DNA of 64,000 nucleotides, from assembly GCA_009103225.1 (NCBI GenBank), contig RHPI01003728.1:183174-247173 (forward strand), read 5' to 3'. The stretch is from Chlorokybus atmophyticus. Taxonomy: Eukaryota; Plantae; Mesostigma and Chlorokybus algae. This document shows positions 48,487-60,478 of this stretch, one piece after another. Under the pieces are notes generated by a model that worked only from the letters and a program-made list of their open reading frames with translations, ran no database searches and had not been told where the DNA came from. Within the stretch, counting starts at the first letter, position 1, and each line of letters begins with the position of its first letter. The translations under genes and the position numbers were made by a program.

Positions 48487-49921
48487 ATGACGCGAATGAG
48501 GCGTGTGGGTGCTGTACTCCTGCTGCTGCTGTGTGCGCTGCTGCTCGCAGCTTCCGCCTCGCAAGCCGAGGACGCGACAGCGGCGGAAGGTAAGGCTTGC
48601 ATTGTGCATGTGGTATGTGTTTCCAAACGCTGCAAACATGCAAGCTTGGCAATACGGGCTTTGTCTTGGGCCAGCTGGATTGAAACGGCTGTGTCTGCGG
48701 TGCAGATGGTGCTGGCAGCGAGCAGCAAGCTGTGCCGACGGCGGAGGAGCTGGCTGGCATGAAGGTTAAGGAGCTCAAGGTGGGATGCAGTTGTGTTTCT
48801 GTCTTACATCATGTTGCTGGTCAGAACTGGCTTCGCATGTGCAGTGGGTTTGTACATGCAAAGGGCGTTGACACACGCTTGTGCACAGGCATTCTTGGCC
48901 GAACGCGGAGTAGAATGCCGGGGGTGTGCGGTAAGTTTATTGTACCATGTCGAGAATCTTGCATGTGAGATGTGTGTTGCTGCCATCACTAGATACTGGC
49001 ATTTATAGCGAAACATTGTTGGGTTGCTGCTTGCGTCACGCGTGCTCTATGTTCGGCTAATGCCAGCAACAGGCGTTGTTATCACGCATGCACTATGAGT
49101 ACAGCCTCTGAATGCTTGGTTGTTGGCTTTGAGCTTCAGAAATGTTGACTTTAATCATAGCACACTCGCACCCACATGGTTGCAGCGCTTGTCATTGAAG
49201 CGGCAAGTACTGGCAACTATTTGGCATACTTGGCAAAACATATACAGCTTCAGGAAACTTCATATTCTGTGTTTTGAACCTCTTACAACCAATTACTCAC
49301 TCAGTCTATGCATCTTGTTCACAGGAGAAGGCTGACTATGTCAAGCTGGCACAGGTAAGATGTTGCCTTCGACAAGCGAAGACCTTCTGACATAGTATAG
49401 TATGGTGTGGTAAGGGATTGTTACACAAAAAAGAAGTTATCCTGAACAACGCTGGGTGGTTGACAGGAAAGCTTGTCACTGCCCGTGAAGGAGCAACAAG
49501 TAACTGAGGAGAAGACAACGAGCAGCAGTGAAGTTGATGATGATGACAAAGGCTTTGAGGGGGCGCCATCAAAAGAAGACATTCAGCTGCTAATCAGTAA
49601 GTAGATCCGTTATGCTCACCTCTAGGCAGGTTGCATGTGTATATTTGCCTGGCGCAGGCAACTGCTGGCTTATATTGAAGGTGTGCGCACCATCAGTTAC
49701 TTACACCTGTGCACGTTTGTTGCAGATAAGTTCAAGGAACAGTCAGGCGACGGCTTTAAGGTAGGATCGGTTGTGATGGCAACATGTAGTCTGGCTCGTA
49801 TGCAGCGTTGTAGTGATGCTTGGGTTATTTGCAGATCTGGAATAAGGAAGACTGGAGTAAGATCCTTGAAAAAGAGAAAGGAAAGGCGAAGGAGTCAGCA
49901 CGCGATGATGATGAGCTGTGA
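48487..49921 (+). CDS. ER-luminal protein with ARMET/MANF C-terminal SAP-like domain (CXXC) and DDEL retention signal; 7 exons
   Basis: Signal peptide (VGAVLLLLLCALLLAASASQA); [35 protein letters not shown], close to the MANF C-domain pattern LRVKELK..L...G..C.GCAEK.DY; ends RDDDEL*. All junctions phase-consistent. Confidence 0.88.
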
Positions 49922-52788
49922 TGTAATGAATACATGACACCGGCCTTTTTGCAGACACGTTTTTATGCACGTTTACCAACACGATAGAGTAACATAGCTG
50001 TTTTTTTTATGTCCGGTTTTGTCTTTTTGGACTCGGCAAGCTCACCTGATTCCACAGGTGGATTGATGCCAGCAGGCAAGTGTTGTGCTGCTGCTGCTGC
50101 GCGCACAAACCAGTCAACTGGCTTGGTTAAGCCGCATGCGATGCTATGCTTGTGTATGCCAACATGCAGGAAACATGATGACAAAATGCGTCAACATTTG
50201 TGTTCACATTTAACTAGCAGACAGTTAGTACAACCGCAAACTTTGTGGCATGCAGGAAGGCTGAGCTGCACGGGTTCCTAAGCTGCAACCAGTTCTGTGA
50301 CCACAGCTCCAGCAATCCACGTGCAGCAATCGGCGTCGCTATGCGTCAGCACATGCAATGTTCAATGTCAAACTCAATGTACATACAATGCGAAACGGCA
50401 AAGTCGTTGCATGCAAGCATGGATTGGAACAGGCACGCCCACGATTAGCAATGTCTCAAATTGGGATGTCCACTTCGAAAAGCTGCTTTCTTAATCTGGG
50501 ATGACAAACACTTGCCAACATGCCAACAGCGCATTGCGTGCAAAGTGCAAGTTGCTCCGGCACATGTCAAACGTGCGTAACTTCATCTATTTCCCGTATT
50601 ACCAACAAAGTGTCACCGTTGCTTGCAAGTAATGCGAAGTGTACATGAGCTAAGCCATAAACATGGATGATAAGATGTGCTTGCCATCTCAAACACAATG
50701 TGGCACATGGGAAAACACATTCGTACGATGCATGTATTACCTCAATTGCACAACTATATACATGTGAGGGGCATGGCCGTCATCACTGATGACAGCCGTG
50801 CCCTTTAAAAGTACACATTCGGCAACCAAGGCGTTTTTGGCCCATAAAGTCTCAAACATGCCATGTTAAAGCACTGTGTAGAAAATATGCAATGCTGTGC
50901 ATGTGACTCACCATTGCACGGCCCATGCAACATACACCAGCACAGTCACAATCCACCATGGCATGTGTGTTGAACACAATCATTGCATATGATACAATCA
51001 CATGCATGCGCACAACAGCCGTTGTGCAAGTAACTGCGATTGATACGTGCATGTCTAACGGGGCTGGGCGATAGAAATAGTGTAGTATAGTAGATGTTAG
51101 CCCGATGGTAACAGTGTGAACCCTTGTATAGAGATAATGATGTAGTGTTGCTGTGCATTAATGTTGCATATGTGTGTCAACAGCACTTAACATGTCTTAT
51201 ATGCACACATGTCGAGGCAGAGACCTGCCTCCGCTCAATATGTGCGTACGCATTCATGCAACCAAATGCGTATTGTGTGCATAGTGTTATACGATTTGTA
51301 TCACGTTAATCGCTTCCGTTGTATACAATAGTATTACAAGAGTGGTACATGCATTAACTACCCAAGGGGGAGCATGTCCTGCAATAGTGCTACATATGCT
51401 GCCACTTATGTGACCATTAACAATGCATTGCAAGTGATCATTGTCACGCCGAGCGTTGAGTAAAAATCATAAAACCGTGACGCTTTTGCTTATGATAGCA
51501 ATTTTTTCTACCATAGTCAAGATGGTTGTGATCAATATTGTCAACCATTGTGTGCCTACATTTACAGGAACACCAAAAGCCAGTGTGAGGACATACAACG
51601 ACTTTGGTCACCACCTACGGTACGGGGCAAAAGTGAAAGTTGGGGTTTATAAAACATCGAGTTGAAAATTTTGATGATGATATGCAATTTACCATTCCAA
51701 TTTCAATGATATCATTAGTTAGGACCATCACTTTGCTTATTTGGGCGCCCCGCGTGTTCCTCCTCATTTCCCCATTAAAAAACTGCTTGAGAAAAATCAT
51801 GCTGCAGGGAAAGTCATCCGTGCGCTATTTGCCAGGTCTTGTTTGCTTAAATTAAACCTCTATAAACTACGTTGCTTCAGGCGGTAAGTATATTGATGTG
51901 CATCACATACCTGCAAAGTATGCATTATGAAAGCATGGATTGCAGATTTGTGCGCAAAATACCGACTCAATACATACTTGTTTATATTGTAATAATGAAT
52001 ATAACAAATACATTGAAAGTAATCATACTATACCTTGCAATATACGGATTTGAGAGGTTTAAATGTATAGCAAACTCAATTTGAGTTTGCTGTAAAGTGT
52101 CTAAATTAAGTGAAAAATACGTACCCTACCAATTCATATGGAGTTCCTTGCTTGTGAATGATCCTCCTACTCCTCATAAAATAAAGTGATGTTCGAGTGA
52201 ACACTCTAGCAGTAGACACTTGATATCCCGTAGTGCCGCGAAACCTTTGTTGAAGAAATTACTTTAGCCGGGCGTCATACGGAAATTCATAAATAGTCGG
52301 AGGCCATCATTAATGCATTGCTAGTGATAAGTTACAACACTGTTCGCGCGGGTTTCGACAAAAGTAATGTCAACTTCTTGGCCGCCGTAGAATGCGAAGA
52401 TTTGGCGGCACGACGGTATCTACCGGTAGGCATCAGAGGCTATGATTCATACTCACTGCACCTACTGAAGAACATTCCTCAAAGCTGCACATTGCCGTCG
52501 CCGCTGCTGCTCCCCAGGAGCAGGCGGGTAGGCGGACGCCGGACCAGGCGAGGCGGCAGCCCAGGCATGGCGCAGGAATGGGTTGGCGACGGGGTCGGAG
52601 AGATGGGCAGAGGTGGTGTGATGGGTGTGATGGGTGTTGTTCATGTTCCCTGCATGCTCTCGAATTTTAGCAGGCCTTGTTTAGGCTCACAACAGCAGCT
52701 GCTGCTGCGGCAGCGGCAGCGGTAGTGCTAGGCACTAGTAATAGGCAGCTGTGCGCTGGTCGTGTGCTGCTGGATCGCACCAGCAGCC

Positions 52789-55700
52789 ATGGCCGAGGTG
52801 GCGACGCCGGCGGTCAGTGAGAGCTCACACACGCCGCCAGAGGTGGTGCTGCTCTTCCTGTTCGTCTCACTTGCGCTGGGAGCAGCTTGCAAGCATGCCC
52901 TCACCGGCACCAAAGTCCCCTACACTGTCGCCATCCTTCTGCTGGGCGTCGCCATGGGCGCCATCGGTACGCCACGTGTGTGTGTCTCTCTCGTATAAGG
53001 GAAAACCACAACACAACCAAGTCGTGCATGGGCTTGCCAATTTGCCAACGCAGAAATTACTTGGGCAATCAGCTAGTTCATGGATGAACGTGTCAACCTT
53101 CAATGCGGGCAATCCTGCGTTACACCTATGAATATCACTGCCTTTTGCAACCTTTCATATGTTCTCTGTTGACAATATCTGCTTATTTACTGCCAGGTCA
53201 AGTTGCACGCGTTGCACTGACAGATAAGTACTCTACGTAACTCTACATAACTATCAGCAGCTACTTGACAATGCAGTCCATGGTGCATTGCTAGTCCTAT
53301 TCACAGTACTACACTCGTCAACACTCTTTCACCTCCCAACACATGACGCATATGTCAGACTTTGAGACGCACGGGTTGGGCACGCTATCCTTGTCAATTG
53401 ACTTCTGGAAGGGCATCAGCGGTGACTTGGTGCTGTACATATTTCTTCCGGCCCTCGTTTTCGCGTCCTCTTTCGCCATCAACCCGCACTTCTTCTACCG
53501 CAAACTGTTCGGCCAAATCCTGCTGCTGGCGGGACCCGGCGTCCTTCTCAGCGCCTTCCTCATCGCACTCGTAGGAAAATATGTGTTCCCGTACTCCTGG
53601 GGATGGAAGATTTCCCTATTGTTTGGTGCTATACTCAGCGCCACAGGTACATATACAGCTGTACGTCGCGCACATATGCACATGACGAGTGTGCATGATG
53701 CAAGTTGGATTGACCTTTGGGGTTTGTGTTGGTGTTGCAATTCAACATGAATGTTTGTGATATGGTGATTGGCTGCAGATCCTGTGGCGGTGGTGGCCCT
53801 GTTGAGAGAGGTGGGAGCGTCAAAGAAGCTCAGCACAGTGATTGATGGCGAGGCTCTCGTGAATGACGGCACGGCCATAGTGCTCTTCACCCTCTTCAAC
53901 AACCTTGTTCAGGGGGACTCGTACAACGTCATCAAGGCATGTTGATGTAACAAGTTACCATTGATGTGTTCACCTTAACCAACACTGACTGACCTATTAC
54001 GCATCAGGTGGTGAGGTTTATGTTCCGAGCTACGCTGGGCAGTTACGCTCTGGGCTTGGGTTTCGCTTTAGCCGCAACACTATGGCTCGTCTTTGTGTTC
54101 CATGACGGCCTCATTGAGATTACCATCACGCTCTGCTCCTGTTATCTCGCCTTCTTTGTTGTAAGTTTTATCTGTCACGCGGTATCTTGTGGGTCTGCAG
54201 AAGGCGCATAGCATCCTGCCGTTCTTGGTTGCACTCGTTTAAGCAATGCTCAATCATGATGCGTTCCAAACAAATGAAGTTGATGCGATCATCTTCAGGG
54301 CTGCGTGATTTGCTTGTTTTATTCTGTCTCTCATGGTCTGCCGTCTGTCAGTTCCACCCTGCTTGGTCGTGCGAATGGATCTGAAGGCTCTACACACAAC
54401 AGTTTACTGTGAAGTTGATGCGCATGTACACATGCGCACTGAATGTGTACTTACCTTCACTCACCCACGGATGCATGCCTGTGCTCACACAGGCGCAGTA
54501 TGAGGCGGGGATGTCTGGCGTGCTGGCGGTGGTGGCATTAGGCACTGGTCTGGGGTTGATCGGCCGTACCGCCTTCACGGGCGAGGTCCAGGCAGGACTC
54601 CATTACTTCTGGTCTTGATGCTGCTTGGCAATGCGCTCTCATCACACTGTTTGACACTGCTTAAATGGCGCTGACCGGGGTTCTCGTGCAGGGAAATGGT
54701 GGAGTACATAGCCAACACAGTCATCTTCATCCTGGCTGGAGTTATTATCATTGAAAAGATTTTGCAGGCTGAGGCCACAGTGCGAGGTACGCACTCTTCA
54801 ACATGTCATTGCAATCTGCATCAAATGCTCATCCACCAGGCTTGAAAAATGCCGTTGCAAAATGCGGCTGTGCACATTTTCTCTCACTCTCACAATATGC
54901 TCTGCTCTGCTAAGGACAGTCCCCATATACTTCCAATGGGGTTATTTGTGACACTAGTCAGCATACAAGTGTCACACACAACTACGTGCCACATCTGCAC
55001 CCATACCACACTTATTATACTGCACTTTACACAGGACGTGACGTCGGGTATGCGGTTCTGCTGTATGTACTCTTGCAAGTGATCCGCGGTATAATGTTTA
55101 CAGTCTTCTACCCAATCCTCCGTGTCACCGGCTACGGCATCACTTGGCGGGACGCCATCATTATGGTTTGGGGGGGCTTGCGAGGCGCCGTTGGTATTTC
55201 GTATAATCAACGCATGCATGTTTGGGCTGAACTTCTCACAAGTCATGACCGGTTGTATTGTGCTGTCTGGCAGCGTTGGCGTTGGCGCTCGTGTTACAAC
55301 TAGAATCGGCAATAGACGCTCAAACAGGAACATTGGTAAGATGTTTCGTTGGCCGTCTGTTGTATGTGGGATGCGCTTGACGTGGGGTGCAACACAGATC
55401 CTGTTCCACATTGGTATGACCGTCCTTTTCACCCTTGTCATCAACGGCAGCACCACAACATTCCTCCTCAGCTACTTGGGCATGAACAAGATCTCCGCTG
55501 CTAAGGTGTGTATGTTGTCAAGTCGTAGCTTTGGTAGTGATATATTCTTGCGGGGTCGAGTAAAGCCTGCAGTTCCCCAACACGCAAGATGAATGACTGA
55601 ACGGTGCTTGCAGAGGAGGATTATTCGCAGCACGAAGCGCCAGATCCGGCTTCGGGCGCAAGAGGCGTATGACCGCATCAGCGCTGAGGACGATGTGCTG

Positions 55701-58591
55701 GGTGAGGCGGATTTCAACACTGTTGCCGAGTACGTTGGCGCCCTGCGCGACGAGGATGACAACAACAACGATGACACCCACAGCCAAGAGAGGCAGAAGA
55801 GCCTCACTCGCTCGCGCACTAGCATCTTCTCCATGGGAAACGTGTTGGCGCATGCTAATGAAGAACAGCGAATGTGAGCATATTTGCTTGCTCTTGTTAG
55901 ATAGGCATTCTAGATAGAATCTTGGAGTCTCTTTCTTGCACCAGTATGTTGCGAAAAGGCCTTTGGTATCTTACAGGGAGCTGCTGGCAGACGTGCGAGC
56001 GCGGTTTCTACAGAGTTTGAAGGCCGCGTACTGGACAATGCTTGAGGAAGGGAGGCTGCGGCGGCGCGACACGATCATGCTCAATCAGGTAGACGTTGTG
56101 TATGGTTGTGCAGAGGGCAATGCTCATTGCTGTGTCAAGAATAATACGGTTGTGGCTTGGTGGCTGAGAGGCAAGTGTTGTTTATCAGGCTGTGGATGTA
56201 GCGCTGGATCAGATTGACACCCCGCTGGATGACTGGGAGGAGCTCAAAGGCTTCGCCTCAAGGGTTCCAAAGTGCGCAGTTATAGGAATGCACGCATAGT
56301 GGTTTGAGCGATTGTTTGACATGTTGGTATATTGACATTCATTCAGATGCTTCGCTCATCAGGTGGGTGTTGGCGTTGAAGCACTCAGCATGGGTGCGGA
56401 GAAGCTGGTTGGTCAGTAAGATTGCGCACGGGTTGATGTTCGGGCGGCTCGAGTCGGCAATGACGGTGTGCGCGGGGTTCGTCTGGGGCCACGCGGTAGC
56501 ACGCGTCGAGATGGAGAACTTCTTCCTCCGCGCCGACCAGCGGCACTTTGTCGATACGGTCCTCGAAGAATCTCGGCGCGAGTGTACCGCGGCTCAGGAA
56601 TTTATTGAAGACGTCAAAGCGGGATTCCCGGAAGTCCTCCGCGCAATCAAAACCAAACAAGTCAGTGCAGGCAGATGTGTGTATGCGTCACAGCTGTGTG
56701 CGCGTATCTTTGTGTGCTCTTTTACACAACATGACAACATCTCTCTGGCAGGTGGCGAGGGCGGTGCTGTGGCAGGAGGAGCTCTACATAAAGCAGCTGG
56801 AAGAGTCGGGGCTGCTGGACGACAAGGAGCTGGCACACCTCACAAAGGGCACCAACACGGACGTCAAGCGCCTGCTTCGCCACCCGCCGGCCGTGGGCAT
56901 GCCCTCCCCCGCCGACCGCCTTCGCCAACACCCCTTTGTCCAAGCCCTCCGCCCTGACCTCGCAGGTGAGTGTTGTGCAAAGTCTGCTTCTCTCACAACA
57001 TTTGCTGCAGTAAAGCATGCCTTGTGTGTGACATGTGCCCATTTTTCACACTCGCTCGTGCACATGTGCATGTACACATGCACACATTCGTACGTGCATG
57101 TGCGTGTACACGCCTGCACACAGCCAGTACTTGCTTGTTAAAGTGCAGAAGAGACCCCGCTACATGCTTGCTGTGTGTTGTAGACATGGTGGTGGCGCGG
57201 GCGCAAGAGAAGAACTTTCAGCGCGGTGACGTGATAGCAAGCGACAGCTTGAACGCGAACAGCCTGGTGTTATTGGTGACGGGACACGCACGCGTGACAT
57301 TCTCTCCTCCTTCCTCTGCTGCCGGCACGCATCACGCCGCCCACATGCACCGCGTCGTCACCTTCAAGTCTGGTAGCGTGCTCGGGTCGTACGGAGCTCT
57401 TACGCGCAGCAATAACCCGCAATCTGGCGTTGTCCAACGACTAACACTTATTGAGGCTGATAGCATCGTACAGGTATGCTCTGACTCAAGTGCTGCCTGA
57501 GTTGTGAGTCCAAGTTTGGGCTGTTAAGATCAACATAGTGCCGAAGCTGCTCGTGCAACATACTGCATTGTCAAGTGCTCACTTGTACATAATCCAGTAG
57601 TATGCAGCAAGCCTGATGGGCAAGCATGCAGTCTTGTGACTTATAGGAGAACCTTACCTATAGCAAGCATGCTCTGTTGTTGCTGTGCAGGCGTTCTTGC
57701 TGCCAGCAGAGCACGTGCGGGAGTTGTGCATGAAGGACCCCGTCATAGAGACGGTGCTGTACAAGGCAGCCGTGGAGGTGCTCATCTCCGTGCGGTTCTA
57801 CCAGGAGCTCTTCGAGCACTGCTCGCGCCTCGCCGTCCACGCTGTCATCAGCAGGGCACAGCTGCGCAGCTTTGACGCTGTCCCCATCGATGAAACCCCA
57901 CAACAACAACATCGGCTGGTGCTCGACCAAGAAGAATCGGGCCTGTTGTTGCTGGGGTCCCTCATCGCCCCCACCGGACAGGTGGTGTAAAAACTGTTGT
58001 GTTGTTCTGTTATGGGGTGATTGTACATGTATGTCTAGCATAGATGCTGAACAGTGCCGTCGTGTGTGGCAGGTGTTGAATGCACCGGAGGCGTTGCCTG
58101 CGAATGACAGCGAATCCACGATATACATCGTAAGAAGCATGCCCGCGAAGGTGCTGGTGATGCCTCCGTTGGACGACGACACCAACAACGACGACAACAA
58201 GGAGGTGTCGGACGATGCCCATGTACAAGCTGTGCATCGCCGCGTGAGCGTGCGGCATTCCCTCAGCCGGCGCACTTCCTACATGGACGTCCTCGCCGAG
58301 GAGGACCTCATCATCCCGATCAACCGACAGCAACATAACGCTCGTCGCACAGCCGCCGCCGCGCTGTTCGACAACCTCGCGCCGGTCGAGGCGTACGAAG
58401 AGAGCGAGCGCACGCGGCGGCTGTCGCGCCGCGCCTCGGATAGCGTCCTCTCCATCTCCACGCCGAGCTTCATGACGCAGCGGCAGCGCAAACAGTCCGC
58501 ACCGTCCGTGTTCTTGCCGCTGAACGGGGCTCAGAAATACGCGCGCGAGGAGTCCTCATCAGGAAGGGAGTCACCCAGTGGCGAGCCGTGA
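52789..58591 (+). CDS. SOS1: Plasma-membrane Na+/H+ antiporter SOS1/NHX7 (CPA1) with long cytosolic tail and cyclic-nucleotide-binding-like domain
   Basis: KVPYTVAILLLG; YIFLPALVFASSF; LLFGAILSATDPVAVVALLREVGASKKLSTVIDGEALVNDGTAIV; MSGVLAVVALG; WEMVEYIANTVIFILAG; WGGLRGAV; VINGSTT; FLQSLKAAYWTMLEEGR; LRQHPF; CNBD-like region. Confidence 0.96.
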
Positions 58592-59102
58592 CACGCATGT
58601 CCACATCCGCAGCGGAGTTTATACATTATTATACGATACGGGTATACATATTAGCGGATGATTGCTTGCTTGACTGATAATGGTTAGCACAGTATGTTGT
58701 ATGGTTGTGCCTAGAACTGAAACGGAATTGGATTGAATGTGTTGTTCAGCAATGTTGCGCATTATTCGTTATGTGTAAGCAGTTACACATGTTGGTTGGT
58801 TTGCACAACACGTAATAACTTTCGTACGTGTTCAGCACAATGGAACGCAGTCCGCCACCTAGGTCCCAGCAGGGTGGTATCCAGCTATGTGCATATGCAG
58901 GCAGCATGCTGTGGGCGTGTTGTCATGTGCACATGCAATGACAATGCATGGGGTGTTAGTGAGCAAGTGGTGCTGTGAACGAACCCATGTGCAATTGTGC
59001 ATAGCAGCAGTCGCGAACAGCTGTACATGGATTCATATACAATTCACGAACCTATGTACATGTCATAAACCCATGTCCTACGGCAAGCGCCACCCGTAGG
59101 TG

Positions 59103-59139
59103 TGCATGTCCAGCAGCTCAGGGAGCTGCTGGACATGCA
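59103..59139. repeat. Perfect 17-bp inverted repeat with 3-nt loop
   Basis: TGCATGTCCAGCAGCTC-AGG-GAGCTGCTGGACATGCA. Confidence 0.95.
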
Positions 59140-59650
59140 ATCAGCAATTGACAACCAAGCGCAGCCAATGATTTTGCTCCTCGACAAACACTCAGCTGTG
59201 CCCTTGCTCGCGTTCCCGACACGGCCACGCTGGCTGGGCGTGTTCATGTGCTCCTAATATGGGGTGGACAATCCCATGAGAGTGGACATGGCACTGCAAA
59301 GACTGTCGGGACTACAGTCAGCCAGGCAGATGCATTGCATTGCTCAGGTCTGATGAGCATCAGATGCAAAAGCAATACACCCAGGACACCCTACGCACAC
59401 ACGCCATGACGGTGCTGGACATAGGGAGTGGCCAATGACTGTTGGGACTTCGTGATGCTAGACATGACTTGAGGCAGCCCATGATCGGGAACAGCCCACC
59501 ATGCGAATACAACGAAATGAAGCAATCCCTCCCTCAGCCATCACTGTAAACCACAGTGTACTGTCAAGCAAGGCCTTCTGTTGGGTCAATCAACACATGT
59601 GGTATCACATCGCAGACAAGCTCAACCATCGTTTTCGTGTGTGTGCGCGT

Positions 59651-59651
<1 letters not shown>

Positions 59652-59698
<47 letters not shown>
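59652..59698. repeat. (CA)n microsatellite
   Basis: Direct read. Confidence 0.98.
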
Positions 59699-59700
<2 letters not shown>

Positions 59701-60478
59701 GCACATGCTTGTACGTTGCAGTGTTCGCATGGTGTGCGCAGCTTGTGTGTCTGCATGACTATTCGAACGTGCACACACACACAGCCAACGAGCGCATTAT
59801 AATGAATGCGTGCAACAACACTGCCTTGCATGTAGAAAGCTACTGAGATCCGGCAACCGGGGAGAAGACAACCATGTTGGGAGGCGGTGTAGATAAAGTT
59901 TGTTCTTGTGTCCTCGCTCTATCGCTTGGTAGTGTCCTCTCTGGGTTACGGCAACACCACTGCAAACTAACAACACTTCGGTTGGTCTTCACGTGTATGG
60001 CTGCATCCGTGCATGTTACAAGAGACCGAATGTGAACTTTCCAGAGCGAGCTTGACTGGGCTCTGAAAGGGATAGATTCAGCATTAACACGCACGCACAC
60101 GCATGCCAAACGTGTGTAAGGATGGTTGACCTCACCTTGGTGGTCCTCACAAGAAAGATGGGGTTTGAGGCTTCAAGACAGATTCCCATCCCACCTCACG
60201 ACAACTCCTTTCTCAGCGACATGATGCATACCTGCACCTGCACCTATATAATGCAGACGCCGATCAGATGGTTGTCAAGTGGACTGGATGGACATAATAC
60301 TCCAACGCGTGCGATCAAACGAGCACTTACTGTTGGCATGGTTCTGGTTGGACAGTATCTGCTTGTCTGTCTCATGATGGTGTGACAAAGCTGCATTCGT
60401 CTGCAGACAGCACACATTTTGACCCCTTCTCTTCTGTCCCATCACGTTGGCGTTTGTTCACCCTCTCATCCACCCTTC

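Noticed and set aside
59406-59450. MTVLDIGSGQ*LLGL, resembling SAM-methyltransferase motif I
   Set aside because: Stop inside the motif, stops upstream, and no other methyltransferase motifs; likely chance.
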